Assembly: GCA_937922045.1 (NCBI GenBank)
Contig: CAKZXA010000032.1
Coordinates: 7,710-71,709, forward strand
Reading direction: 5' to 3'
Length of the DNA stretch: 64,000 bases
From: an uncultured Acidimicrobiales bacterium
Lineage (GTDB): Bacteria; Actinomycetota; Acidimicrobiia; Acidimicrobiales; SZUA-35
Part shown: positions 9,003-19,086 of the stretch, in pieces
Numbering within the stretch: position 1 is the first letter of the stretch
Layout: every line of letters starts with the position of its first letter
Notes under the pieces: model-generated
What the model was told of the DNA's origin: nothing
What the model saw: the letters and a program-made list of their open reading frames with translations, nothing else
Database searches by the model: none
Translations under genes and position numbers: made by a program

Positions 9003-10030
9003 TTCGACCGGATGGTTGGCAGGTCTTGGGCTGCTCCGAGAGTGCGATGCTCCACCCAACTAGGGGTCGCGATCGACAAGGCATCTGAGCGTAGACGACC
9101 CGGCCGAACCGCTAGCTTGGTGTAGCCGGCGAGGGTGCCGACGGCACGAGCTGCGGCTAGAAGTCGCGATCGGATACCGCCGGCAGGCACGGTGAGGTGA
9201 TCGGTGCGCAGGCCGATGAGGGATGCGAACTTGAAGGCTGTGTAGCGAGCTGTGTAGCGATGCCATTTCTTCAAGGTTGGACTCTGCATCGCGAGGAGCA
9301 GTGGGCCGGCCTCTGCGAGGCGGTAGTTGAGCCTGAGAAGATACCCAAACCCGAGCCGCGACTCGTCGATGGTGTGGTGGAGACGACAGCCGGGAGCAAA
9401 CCAGACGCCACCGCCGTCGCTCGCCGCCCTGGCTCGGGCCGCCAGCTCGTTGTCGCCGCCGGAGACGAGGCTCTTGCCGCGACGATCGGGTGCCATGGGG
9501 GCATCCAACCAGCCGGAACTGATGACTGCATCCCGTCGCAGGGTGATGCCGGCTCCATGCAGAGATTCACGCTCGGTTTCGACGTCCTCGGCCGGGCCGC
9601 CTGCCGCGAACATCTCGGGATGGATCCACGGTCGCTCCACACCATCGTCCATGTGGAGGACGTTTCTGCCGTTGAATCCAGCAGCGTCCGGACGGTGGGC
9701 GATATAGGCCAGCGCTTCGCTAATCCAGGCCGGCTCAGGAACGCAGTCGTCATCGATGAAAGCCACCCAGGGGGCGTCGGTCGCCCAGAATCCTCGCTGC
9801 CGAGCCTCGGTCAAACCCTGGCGAGTTTCGGCCACGATCCGCAGGCTGGGAAGCCGTTCCATGTAGGAGTTGACGAGCTCGACGGTTCCGTCGGTGCAGT
9901 TATTGTCGATCACCGTCACCGTCCACGAGCCATCATGGGCGGCGCCTTGTATGGCTAGAGCATCCAACGTCTTCACGAGCAGGTGTGCTCTGTTGTAGGT
10001 GCATACAACCACATCGATAAGTGCGTTCAT
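8999..10030 (-). CDS. Family-2 glycosyltransferase
   Basis: Motifs IDVVVCTYNRAHLLVKTLDAL, TVIDNNCTDGT and FIDDDCV. I trimmed the start to the ATG at 10030 (TAATG junction with the upstream gene). Confidence 0.85.
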   Translation of the reverse strand: MNALIDVVVCTYNRAHLLVKTLDALAIQGAAHDGSWTVTVIDNNCTDGTVELVNSYMERLPSLRIVAETRQGLTEARQRGFWATDAPWVAFIDDDCVPEPAWISEALAYIAHRPDAAGFNGRNVLHMDDGVERPWIHPEMFAAGGPAEDVETERESLHGAGITLRRDAVISSGWLDAPMAPDRRGKSLVSGGDNELAARARAASDGGGVWFAPGCRLHHTIDESRLGFGYLLRLNYRLAEAGPLLLAMQSPTLKKWHRYTARYTAFKFASLIGLRTDHLTVPAGGIRSRLLAAARAVGTLAGYTKLAVRPGRLRSDALSIATPSWVEHRTLGAAQDLPTIRSK

Positions 10031-11175
10031 TATCGCCGTACCGTTTCGAGTGCGCGCGCCTTGGCCGAGGCTACGAGTTCGTTGGAGCCGCCGCGGAGAA
10101 TCCGACCCCGCGGGTTCTGCCACATCGAATGATAGAGATCGGCCATGGCGGTATCAGTAAAGGACAAGGCGATCTGGCGGCCAGCTTCTCCGATCCGATG
10201 AGCGAGAGCCGGCTCCTCGAGAAGAGCCTTGATCGCAGGAGCAAAGCCGGATAGGTCTTCGCCCTCCATGATGAATCCAGTTTCACCGTCGGTGACGGCG
10301 TCACGAACGCTGCCGACAGCACTGACCACAACGGGAACACCGAGGAGCATCGCCTCGACCATGGCGAGAGGGAATGCCTCGTTTCGCGATGGCAGGACAA
10401 AGGCGTCGAAGCCAGCTACCAGGCTGGTCGGGTCGTCCTGCCATCCTAGGAAATGAACGCGATCGTCCACGCCCAGACTCCGAGCGGACTGGGTGAGGGC
10501 TGACCGTTTTGATCCATCCCCGATGAGGACGAGATGTGCGCCTTGTTCAAGGCTGGCGAAGACCGGTAAGAGACGATCGAGACCTTTCTGGTCTTCGAGG
10601 CGTCCTACGAATCCGAGCACAGGGTCATCGGCTAGTTGGGGGACGAGCGCTCGCAAGACGTCCGGACTGGTCTGGACAGGAACGGGAACGCCGTTGTGGA
10701 TCGTGCGAACCGACCCTTTCGGCAGTCGGAAATATTCTTCGACGGCATCGGAACTTTCAGACCCGACCGAGACGTGGTCGTGGAGTAGCCGCGACACGGC
10801 GTGCTTGACCAGTATCTCCCGAGGGGTCAGACGGCGAACCAGCTGCTCGACGGCGATGGTTGGAATGCCCAGCGAAATCGCAGCGATCTGTGGTGCTAGG
10901 GCCGCTCCAGGATTGCAGAGTGTGACCTGGAGGAGGTCAGGCCGATGGCGCGTAAACAGGGTACGGAATCCTCGAATCTCTGCTGCCATGTTCGACGTTG
11001 GGCCCTCGATCAACTCGACGTCGCACGAGACGCGTTTTGCCAGCTCGTCGACGGCCACGCAGGGGCGGCCTAGGAGCACGAAGTCGACCTTGTCCCCGGT
11101 GGCGGCCACGAGGTTCGCGACCGATTGCTCAGCCCCGCCATAGCCATCTCCGTCGACGCAGAGCCCGATGATCAC
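10030..11175 (-). CDS. Family-4 (group 1) glycosyltransferase
   Basis: The GT-B core has VIIGLCVDGDGYGGAEQSV at the N-terminus and a C-terminal EAFPLAMVEAMLLGVPVV motif. The proposed GTG start at 11175 forms a GTGA overlap with the Wzy-like gene stop. The upstream 311 aa of the 693-aa ORF are Arg/Pro-rich read-through. Confidence 0.85.
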   Translation of the reverse strand: MIIGLCVDGDGYGGAEQSVANLVAATGDKVDFVLLGRPCVAVDELAKRVSCDVELIEGPTSNMAAEIRGFRTLFTRHRPDLLQVTLCNPGAALAPQIAAISLGIPTIAVEQLVRRLTPREILVKHAVSRLLHDHVSVGSESSDAVEEYFRLPKGSVRTIHNGVPVPVQTSPDVLRALVPQLADDPVLGFVGRLEDQKGLDRLLPVFASLEQGAHLVLIGDGSKRSALTQSARSLGVDDRVHFLGWQDDPTSLVAGFDAFVLPSRNEAFPLAMVEAMLLGVPVVVSAVGSVRDAVTDGETGFIMEGEDLSGFAPAIKALLEEPALAHRIGEAGRQIALSFTDTAMADLYHSMWQNPRGRILRGGSNELVASAKARALETVRR

Positions 11176-12371
11176 ACGTGAGCCGTTCGATTGAGTGACT
11201 GGCCCTCGTAGGAGTCGCGCTGTCGGGAAGCCTCGGTGGCCTCCTTCAAAAGGCCACACGAAAACCACCAGAGCCAACCGACGAGAGTCCCTGACGCGAA
11301 CCCGATAGCGATGGCAAGAATGAGAGACGGAGGACTTCGCCGGAGCCAGGCCCAAAGAATGCTGAGCAGCGTGGTCAAACCCAACAGCCCGAACTCGGCC
11401 AGGGTGTTTGCGAAGATGTTCCACGAACCGCCTGAGCTGAGAATACGAGGATCCAACAAGGTGAGTTCGCCTTGACGTTGAATGTCGGCCAACCGAATGG
11501 CGTAGTTCCCCGGGCCAACACCGGTAACGATGTTGTCCTCGGCGAGCCGGATGCCGGCTTGCCAGCTGCCGACGAGGCGGCCCGAGCTCGAGGCATCCTG
11601 TTGGGCCCCGCCTCCGGTGGTTTCGACCAGGCGTTGCGCCACGCGGTCCTCGAAGACCTGACCGACTGCGGGGATGGTCAGTACTGCGAGGGCGAACACC
11701 ATGACACCTGCGACAGCGGCCCCGATCATCCGGGGCTTGATCACACCACGTTTGACCGAGAAGACACCGCACATCAAGAGGGCGAGTGCTATGCCCGAGA
11801 GCGAGGCTGCCAGAGCCAACAACACAGCGCCAATGGCAAGGTCCGAACGTCGCAGTTGGCGATGAAGGTAGAAATACGACAAGACGACAACGACGAAGAT
11901 CGCAAGCGTTGAGGGTTCGCTGAACAGGGCCTGCGTTCGAGGGAATGAAGACCTGTCCCACCTGCCCGCCTGATAGGCCCGCAGGACTGGTGACGTCATA
12001 CCGAGCCGGTGGGCGGTCTGCTGGGCCAACGACATGGCAAGGTTGATCGAAAGGAGTATGCGAAGTATGCGAATGAACTCTGTAGAGCCAAAGTCGCGAA
12101 TGTAGTTCCACATGCAGAGCAGACCGGACCAGTAAAGGCTCATCTTTGCGAAGAAGAGGATCGATTCGACGGGGCTTGAAAGGCTGTTGCTCATGCTCAT
12201 CAAGGCACTTAGCCCGGCCGCAGCGAAGAAGACGCCGAGAGAGCGCATTCCTTTAGGGATCACGAGGCCTCGTCCGGTGGATCCGATGAACCAGAGGCCG
12301 ACCCCGAGCGCCAACAGAAGGTCGCCGGTGACCAGGACGGCAGGACCGATCAGCCGGCGCGACGCAAACAC
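11172..12371 (-). CDS. O-antigen polymerase/ligase family membrane protein (Wzy-like)
   Basis: 399 aa with about 10 hydrophobic segments and a large loop (RLVGSWQAGIRLAEDNIVTGVGPGNYA). This matches the O-antigen ligase/Wzy_C family pattern. Confidence 0.7.
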   Translation of the reverse strand: MFASRRLIGPAVLVTGDLLLALGVGLWFIGSTGRGLVIPKGMRSLGVFFAAAGLSALMSMSNSLSSPVESILFFAKMSLYWSGLLCMWNYIRDFGSTEFIRILRILLSINLAMSLAQQTAHRLGMTSPVLRAYQAGRWDRSSFPRTQALFSEPSTLAIFVVVVLSYFYLHRQLRRSDLAIGAVLLALAASLSGIALALLMCGVFSVKRGVIKPRMIGAAVAGVMVFALAVLTIPAVGQVFEDRVAQRLVETTGGGAQQDASSSGRLVGSWQAGIRLAEDNIVTGVGPGNYAIRLADIQRQGELTLLDPRILSSGGSWNIFANTLAEFGLLGLTTLLSILWAWLRRSPPSLILAIAIGFASGTLVGWLWWFSCGLLKEATEASRQRDSYEGQSLNRTAHV

Positions 12372-12489
12372 CGCGCCGAAGCATAAAAACCAGCCAGCGA
12401 GCCGTCTGGTGCCCGCTGTTTCCGCGACATCAGCCGTGGAGCGGACAGGTCTCGCTTGGTTTACGACACCGACGATGGCACTACACCCT

Positions 12490-14850
12490 TCAGCTTGCTG
12501 GACTGTCCGTCAGCAGCGACGTCTGATCTTCGCCCGCTTGGTCGCCACTAACCAATCCAGCATAGAACGCAGCCGTGGCCTTGCCTATCGACGACCAGGA
12601 GAATGAATCCAGCCCGGGATCGCCCAGCTCGGTTTGGGTCTTGGCTAGGGCGGTGTCGATAATCTCGGCTGTGAGGTCGCCGCTGTAGAGCTGTATCCAG
12701 TCTGCACCGATGGTGTCGGCCAACTCTGGCAGCGAGCCAATGTCGGGGGCTAGAACCGGGCAACCGTAGCCGATCGATAGCAGGACTGAACTCGAGTTTG
12801 TGATGGATTTGAAGGGAGCGACGAAAAGGTCGGCCGCCGACAAGATTTCTGCCACCTCGTCGCTCGGGACATGCTTGGGCAGGAGGCGAACGGACGAGGA
12901 TCGGGCCGCGATCGTCTTCAGACGATCGACTTCGCCTTCGTCCCTGGGGCTTCCCCCAATTATGGCGACCCACCGGCGCGGAGTCGTTGCCTCGTCGCTG
13001 TCGGCAGCCTCTGCCGCCGCAACGACACTGGCGAGACTTGCTTGATTCTTGTAGGACCGAATCTGGCCGATGTTGGCCAGGAGAACATCATCAGGTTCGA
13101 TGCCGAGAGCGGTTCGAGCCTGCTGGCGATCTGTGGCGTCAGGGTATTCGGCGTCGTGATCGCCGAGTGGGATGGTTGTCGTCGCTATCTGCGCCAGCTC
13201 GGGATGCCGGTCCAACGTCTCCCGAAGGGTGAAGTTAGAGGGGGCAATGATGCCGGAGAGCAGGGCACGGAAACGGGCAAGGTACCACCGCGACACCCGA
13301 TCGTCGGCGATCTCGTGAGGATCGACGTTGTGTACCGTCCAGACGATCTGAGCGCCCCGTGCCTTCTGGATGCCGAGAAGGGTGAGAACGGCCATGCATC
13401 GAACGGCGCGGATCGCTGAGGAGTTGGCGAGAAGGGCGAACTCAGGCCAATGGACATGGACGATCCCATAGCGGCCGAAGATGGCGGACTTGACGCCGAA
13501 CTCGTCGGTGGTGAAACCCTGCGTTCCCGTTGCTTCCTGCAGGCTGTAGGTGTACGGGTTCTCGTCTCGCTTGCGGATGGCGGGCCAGGCCAGAACCTTG
13601 TCGTCGACATTGTCTGGGCCGCCTCGACCAGCAGCGTAGAGCCAGATGGGGCCGGCAATCCCGATGCCGAGAGCGAACCCCCAGCCAGCACCTTTGGCGC
13701 CAGCTAGATAGCCGCCAACGAGAACCGGAACGATCGCCGATGGCAGGAGGAGGGTTCGAATCAACACGATCTCGAAACCGCGGCCCCGGACTCGGAGCAC
13801 GGTACCTGCCACGAGATGCAGAGACGTCAGGGCCATACCCAACATGACGGGGAAGGCAGCCGGCTTTGCATACTGCCATGTGTCGCCCAGAACTAGCTCG
13901 CCAGCAAAAAGGACCAGAGCGTAGTTCAGCATCATTACCACGGCGGCAGCGCCAGCCAGACCGGCGGTAACCGATGCAAGGTAGTTGATCCGCGCTTGGC
14001 CGTCGGCGAGGTCGCGGTAGCGGGCTGCATCGGAGAGGATTCCCAAACGTAGACCGCCGACGAGCGTACTGAGTGGCCCGGCGAGCACCAGAGCGCCGCG
14101 GAAGCCGGCTGATTCTTCCAGCGTCGTAACCAATGCGATGAGATAGGCGAGAGCGTGAACGCTGACGGCGATGAGGAGTACCTCGACGAGGAGTGGACGG
14201 CCCAAGACCTTGAAGCGTTCCCACTGCAGGGTTGTGTTGCGTTCGATGCCAACGATGGCGCTCGACACTGCACCGGCACAGAGGGCGGCCAGACCGAGAG
14301 CGAGAATGGCTGGAACCATGGTTAGTGAGCCGAGCAGGTAGAGAGCGCCGATCAGGATCCCGAACGAGACCCACCAGGCGATGTTGCCGACCGTCAGCTC
14401 AAGTTTGCGCCCTTGGGCGATATTGGCTGCTCGCACCCCATCGAGCAGAGCTACCGCTGGCGCAACGACGGCAAAAGCGGAGAGGGAACGTCCAGCGATA
14501 TTGTCTCCAAGTAGAAGACCAGCGACGAAGGCGACGACCGCGTAAGGGGCGATTCTGCGTACGAGCAGTTTCGCCAGCGAAAACGGGATGCCCGACCGTT
14601 CCGTATAGGCACTTTCGGCGAAGTCAACGAGGTAGGGCTCGATGATGGCGGCCCGCCAGCAACCCCAGCAAACGAAGAAACCAAGAGCCGAGAAGCTGTA
14701 CAGGGCGAAGTCCGCGGCCAAGAGTTGATTGGCGACGATCATGGTCAGGGCCAAGCTCAGTGCACTTTGAGAACCCTGATCGATGAGCGCAGCAGCAAGG
14801 TCACTTAACCGCTGAACACCGGACCCGACCGACCGAGCATCGTCACCCAC
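12490..14850 (-). CDS. Fusion protein: Wzx-like polysaccharide flippase (N-terminal, ~430 aa, multi-TM) plus glycosyltransferase domain (C-terminal, ~350 aa)
   Basis: Single uninterrupted 786-aa ORF. The N-terminal half is polytopic and resembles the oligosaccharide flippase family. The C-terminal half has soluble GT features (NPYTYSLQEA, IVHVHWPE, VWTVHNVDPHE, and a group-1-like C-lobe with CPVLAPDIGSLPE). Confidence 0.7.
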   Translation of the reverse strand: MGDDARSVGSGVQRLSDLAAALIDQGSQSALSLALTMIVANQLLAADFALYSFSALGFFVCWGCWRAAIIEPYLVDFAESAYTERSGIPFSLAKLLVRRIAPYAVVAFVAGLLLGDNIAGRSLSAFAVVAPAVALLDGVRAANIAQGRKLELTVGNIAWWVSFGILIGALYLLGSLTMVPAILALGLAALCAGAVSSAIVGIERNTTLQWERFKVLGRPLLVEVLLIAVSVHALAYLIALVTTLEESAGFRGALVLAGPLSTLVGGLRLGILSDAARYRDLADGQARINYLASVTAGLAGAAAVVMMLNYALVLFAGELVLGDTWQYAKPAAFPVMLGMALTSLHLVAGTVLRVRGRGFEIVLIRTLLLPSAIVPVLVGGYLAGAKGAGWGFALGIGIAGPIWLYAAGRGGPDNVDDKVLAWPAIRKRDENPYTYSLQEATGTQGFTTDEFGVKSAIFGRYGIVHVHWPEFALLANSSAIRAVRCMAVLTLLGIQKARGAQIVWTVHNVDPHEIADDRVSRWYLARFRALLSGIIAPSNFTLRETLDRHPELAQIATTTIPLGDHDAEYPDATDRQQARTALGIEPDDVLLANIGQIRSYKNQASLASVVAAAEAADSDEATTPRRWVAIIGGSPRDEGEVDRLKTIAARSSSVRLLPKHVPSDEVAEILSAADLFVAPFKSITNSSSVLLSIGYGCPVLAPDIGSLPELADTIGADWIQLYSGDLTAEIIDTALAKTQTELGDPGLDSFSWSSIGKATAAFYAGLVSGDQAGEDQTSLLTDSPAS

Positions 14851-14860
14851 CAGCAGTTAC

Positions 14861-15901
14861 CTATCCGCCGCTGGTGGCTTCAGCTGCTGAAACCCCTGTT
14901 GCAAGGGTTCGCTTGACGGCAGCGATTGCCTCCTGTGCCGCCTCTGAAGTGTTGGTGTTCAGTCGTGACCGAAGCCGCGATCTGTAGGGGGCAATGGCAG
15001 CAAGGCAGGCCATGGGAAACGATAGTGATCCTGGACTGTTCCAGGCGTGACTTAGGGCCGAGCGATAGTTTCCGGTACGCCACAATCGTTGGGTCACCCA
15101 ACCGTCTACCGGTTCGAACCGAGGTGCTGGTTGAGCTTCTCGCTGGGCTGTGTGCTTTGAGCGGATCAGCCCGAGCTCGTTGTTGATCTTGCTCATGTCC
15201 ATGCTCATCTGCTCGGCGTGGTGAACGTAGAGGGTGCCGTAATCTGGCCAGACCGCCGGGGTATCGACTTCGGCGCATCGGATCCAAAGGTCCCAATCTG
15301 CAAACATCGAAAAGCGAGGATCGAAATAGCCAACCTCGTCGAGGAGTGCCTTCTCGACGACTACGGTTGAGCAACCTCCGGGTATCCGGTTCCCGATCAG
15401 TAGTCGCGTTCGAAAGTCTTCGGTCGGGGCCGCCCCGTTGTGGTAGAGGAAACGAAGGTTGTCGGAGACAACCGCTGCGTAGCAATAGGACCAGCGGCTT
15501 CCGTTGTCCTTCATCGCGGCAACCTGGCCGCTGATCTTTCCAGCTGACCAGAAGTCGTCGTCGTCGCAGACTGCAATCCATCTACCGGTCGCAACGTCGA
15601 TGGCCCTATTGCGGGCCGTCGCAACTCCCTGAGCTTGTTCGCTTCTCACGACCTTCACCCGAGGATCGTTGATCGAGGCAACGACGTCCGCGGTGTCATC
15701 GGACGATCCATCATCGCTCACGATGATCTCAAGATCTGGATAATCCTGAGCACGAACTGTCAGCAGTGTCCGCAACATGCGGTCACGCCGATTATGGGTT
15801 GGAATCACCACAGAGCAGGTCTGATTCATGTCCTGCCTCGTTTCACATCCATTGATACAAATCGGATCGTATACGGGATCTCGTCGCAAGATAAACCGCA
15901 T
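14861..15901 (-). CDS. Family-2 glycosyltransferase
   Basis: Motifs CSVVIPTHNRRDRMLRTLLTV, IIVSDDGSSDDT and VCDDDDF. It is the first gene of the minus-strand operon running 15901 to 7779. Confidence 0.85.
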   Translation of the reverse strand: MRFILRRDPVYDPICINGCETRQDMNQTCSVVIPTHNRRDRMLRTLLTVRAQDYPDLEIIVSDDGSSDDTADVVASINDPRVKVVRSEQAQGVATARNRAIDVATGRWIAVCDDDDFWSAGKISGQVAAMKDNGSRWSYCYAAVVSDNLRFLYHNGAAPTEDFRTRLLIGNRIPGGCSTVVVEKALLDEVGYFDPRFSMFADWDLWIRCAEVDTPAVWPDYGTLYVHHAEQMSMDMSKINNELGLIRSKHTAQREAQPAPRFEPVDGWVTQRLWRTGNYRSALSHAWNSPGSLSFPMACLAAIAPYRSRLRSRLNTNTSEAAQEAIAAVKRTLATGVSAAEATSGG

Positions 15902-16300
15902 CCAGCACTACGCGCGTTGGCCGTCTGCATTCGCCACTCCTAGCTTGGACAGCCAGGATAACTTCTTCGCTGCTCCCCGCAACGCCCTCGTCGCGGTCCG
16001 ATCGGCCAAACGGCTCATCGGGTGAGGTCGAACTACTCGGTCCCACCGGTCAAGATGGCCTGTATCGACCGAGCAACGCCGAGTCATCCGGCCAATCCAA
16101 CCCCGACGCCCGTTTTGGGTGTGTGTTTGCCGGATACGCTGTCGGAATCGGTCCTGAGGTTTCACGAGCGCTTGCTGCAGCGGTGACGCAAGATCGAGTT
16201 AAGGGCGGCGGCGGAAACGAAGAAGAGATTTCTGGACATGTGTCTAGAGTCCGGCTTGGCATCCGTCTTGTCGGCACCAGGTAGTCGAGGAGTCAGTTAC

Positions 16301-17308
16301 ATGGAAACCAAGCCTGAGGTAACGGTTATGATTCCGACTCTGAACGAGGAGTTGGGGTTGGAAACGTTGCTGGACGATCTGGCTGACCAGACGCACCCTC
16401 CAGCACAAGTTCTGATAATTGATGGGGGCTCGACCGACGGGACTATCGAGATTGCGTCGAACTATAAGCGACTCGATATAGAGGTATTGAATAACCCGCA
16501 GCGTCGAGTTCCTTTTGCTCTTAATATTGGTCTAGATGCGGCCAAGTTTGACTATCTAATTCGGATTGATGCGCATTCTCGTATAAACCCCGAATATATA
16601 GAGGTAATTGCGGGCCATTTTGCCGCTGACCCCGCCATAGGTGGTGTGGGAGGCATAAAGAAGGCGGTGGCAACATCGCGGGCCGGTCAGATTATCGCTG
16701 ACGTGCTCTCCTCAAAACTGGCGGTTGGTGGCTCTCAATACCACTACGCCGAAGATGTTTGCTTCGTCGATCACATCCCGTTTGGGGCGTACCCGGTCAG
16801 TGTCCTTCGCGAGCTGGATGGTTGGGACGAGGCGATGTTGGTCAACCAAGACTACGAACTTGACTACAGGGTGCGACAGTCGGGCCGTCGACTCCTCATC
16901 GATCCAAAAGCAAGAATCATGTGGCAGAGCCGAGAAACTGTTGCCCGGCTCTTTCACCAGTACCACCGCTATGGGCAAGGAAAGGCGGCTGTGCTCAAGA
17001 AGCACCCGTCGAGTGGGAAGCCTCGCCATCTCCTGCCAGCCGTGATTGTCGTCGGCTGCGTTGTTGGAGCGCTCGGGGCCTTCATCTGGCCCGTTCTCGC
17101 CATCGTTCCTCTTGGTTACCTGCTCGCAGTTGGCATTGTTTCCGCCACGATTGTTCGGTCCCCCGGCAAGTGGCCGACCGCTGTGGGCGCGATGCTAGCA
17201 ATGCAGCTTGGGTATGGATCCGGGATGGTCCGATCGGCCGGGTCGATGCTGCGCGGTCGTCGAGCAACGATGGCGGCAAGCCAAACCTCGGACTTAGGCC
17301 GAGTCTAG
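16301..17308 (+). CDS. ExoA-like family-2 glycosyltransferase with C-terminal TM segments
   Basis: Motifs VTVMIPTLNEE, IIDGGSTDGT, NNPQRRVPFALNIG, RIDAHS and NQDYELDYR, followed by two hydrophobic helices. I trimmed the start to the ATG at 16301. Confidence 0.8.
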   Translation: METKPEVTVMIPTLNEELGLETLLDDLADQTHPPAQVLIIDGGSTDGTIEIASNYKRLDIEVLNNPQRRVPFALNIGLDAAKFDYLIRIDAHSRINPEYIEVIAGHFAADPAIGGVGGIKKAVATSRAGQIIADVLSSKLAVGGSQYHYAEDVCFVDHIPFGAYPVSVLRELDGWDEAMLVNQDYELDYRVRQSGRRLLIDPKARIMWQSRETVARLFHQYHRYGQGKAAVLKKHPSSGKPRHLLPAVIVVGCVVGALGAFIWPVLAIVPLGYLLAVGIVSATIVRSPGKWPTAVGAMLAMQLGYGSGMVRSAGSMLRGRRATMAASQTSDLGRV

Positions 17309-17412
17309 ATCCCCCTCGCCGTGAGCAGCATAACGACACGTTTAGCCAAGGTTTGGGGAAGTATTGCCCAAGTCTTTAGGCCTTTCTGTTCTCTTCGTGC
17401 GGGAGGTGGCGA

Positions 17413-19086
17413 GTGGCTGTCTATACTGACCTACGGTTGCTAAGGCGGCGATTTAAAAAGTCGGGCGAGCCGAGGTTATTCGTGGAAAATTACCCATTGC
17501 TTTCTGTGCTGCGTATGCAGTCCAAAAAGCGTGATCAAGTGTCGTCTAGTGTTGGCTTCAACGGGGGGCGTAAAAGTACGATTCTGATCTTCTCGATCAA
17601 TGCGGTCCTGGTCGGCGCAGCCTCGACACTCTCGACCGTGGCTGGCCCGGAGGTGTCGCCCAAGCTTGCGACATTGGCTGGCGTGTGCGTCCTGCTCTCA
17701 ATAGGGGCCGCTGGCCGATTTCGAACACGGATGGTCCCGGATCTCTCCGGACAGCTCCCTCGGCTGGCGCAGACGATTCTCGCTGGTCTTGCTTTTCCGT
17801 TCGCGATCCTGGCCGTGCGCGGTGTCGCGTATATCAATATCCAAGGGTTTGGCTTGCTGGCAGCGTCGCTTCTTGGTGCTGCCATCGTCGCCGATTGGTT
17901 ATCGGTCTTCCTCATTCGGTTCTTACGACACCGGGGGATGCTCCGTTCCCGGGCATTGCTCATCGGGAGCGGGTCGCTAACGAACGAGCTCGCTATCGAG
18001 CTTGAGCTCAGGCCCGACTACGGCGTCGATATTGTGGCGGTCATCGAGAACCCCAGCATGGATGAGGACGAGATCGTCGAGGAGATGACCGAGGCTCTCG
18101 TTCACTCCAACGCCGACCGAATCTTACTCGCTCCTATCGACGCCCCCTGGGCCAACCCGAACGCCGCGGTCGCCGCCGCTCGGGCAGCCGTAGGCATGCG
18201 TGTGCCGTTCTATGTTGTCCCGCGGCTCTATCAGTTGGGTGTCGGCCTCGACTCGATGTCGCCGGACCGAGCCCGGGGCTATCCACTCGTTCGACTTCAA
18301 CGATCAGCACACCCTCTCCTTGCGCTTCGCCTCAAGCGGATGATCGACATTGCGGTGGCGGGAACTGCACTGCTTATCCTCTCGCCGCTCATGCTGCTGG
18401 TGGCCGGGCTCGTGAAGATATCGAGTGCTGGCCCCGTCCTCTTTCGGCAACCTCGGGTTGGTGCCGGCGGCGAAGTCTTCGAGATGCTTAAGTTTCGCTC
18501 GATGCGTACCGCTGAGAACGAACATGCGGAATCGACCTCGGGCTATCGAGTCACTCTCGTCGGGCGCGCGCTACGAGCCCTCGCCGTCGATGAGCTTCCC
18601 CAGCTTCTGAACATCCTGCTCGGCCACATGACGTTGGTCGGTCCGCGACCCGAACGTCTCGCCTTCGTCGAGGAAGGCCTCAGCCTCCACTCTGGGTACG
18701 CCGCTCGCCATCGGATGCCGATGGGGCTCACCGGCCTTGCCCAGGTAGCTGGCCTCCGTGGTGAGGACACCAGCATCGAAGAGCGCATCAAATACGACAA
18801 CCTCTACATCGATCAGTGGTCACTGGTGCTCGATCTAGAAATCGTCGTCAAGACGGTGTTCGCCATCATCTTTCAATCTCGTTATCGGCAACAACAGAAG
18901 GCGCTGGACAAGGCGCTCGCCGACGTTGACGAGCATTCAATGGAACCGCTCGTCGGCGTCATGGCCTCTGATGGCCAACCAGATGTAGACCAACCAAGTC
19001 GTTTAGTCCGCGAAGAAGCTCGACCAGAAACGGCCCAAGAAGCGGCCCAATCTGAAGGATGGATATATGCAGATCGAAGTGCTTGA
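17413..19086 (+). CDS. Polyprenyl-phosphate glycosyl-1-phosphate transferase (WbaP/bacterial sugar transferase family), initiating enzyme
   Basis: N-terminal TM block plus a C-terminal catalytic domain (KRMIDIAVAG ... FRQPRVG ... KFRSM ... DELPQLLNILLGHMTLVGPRPE). The GTG start at 17413 is preceded by GGGAGG. The exact start is uncertain. Confidence 0.9.
   Translation: MAVYTDLRLLRRRFKKSGEPRLFVENYPLLSVLRMQSKKRDQVSSSVGFNGGRKSTILIFSINAVLVGAASTLSTVAGPEVSPKLATLAGVCVLLSIGAAGRFRTRMVPDLSGQLPRLAQTILAGLAFPFAILAVRGVAYINIQGFGLLAASLLGAAIVADWLSVFLIRFLRHRGMLRSRALLIGSGSLTNELAIELELRPDYGVDIVAVIENPSMDEDEIVEEMTEALVHSNADRILLAPIDAPWANPNAAVAAARAAVGMRVPFYVVPRLYQLGVGLDSMSPDRARGYPLVRLQRSAHPLLALRLKRMIDIAVAGTALLILSPLMLLVAGLVKISSAGPVLFRQPRVGAGGEVFEMLKFRSMRTAENEHAESTSGYRVTLVGRALRALAVDELPQLLNILLGHMTLVGPRPERLAFVEEGLSLHSGYAARHRMPMGLTGLAQVAGLRGEDTSIEERIKYDNLYIDQWSLVLDLEIVVKTVFAIIFQSRYRQQQKALDKALADVDEHSMEPLVGVMASDGQPDVDQPSRLVREEARPETAQEAAQSEGWIYADRSA

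Noticed and set aside
11176-12111. N-terminal 311 aa of the 693-aa ORF 10030..12111
   Set aside because: This part is extremely Arg/Pro/Ser/His-rich (typical off-frame translation in high-GC DNA) and lies entirely over the well-formed Wzy-like gene in another frame. The GT4 domain starts at the GTG at 11175, which has a GTGA coupling overlap.
13442-14374. 310-aa alternative-frame ORF inside the flippase-GT fusion gene (similar cases: 26415..27305, 35020..35946, 62131..62991)
   Set aside because: The translations are Arg/Pro/Ser-rich with no hydrophobic or catalytic pattern, and each is nested in a better-supported gene.
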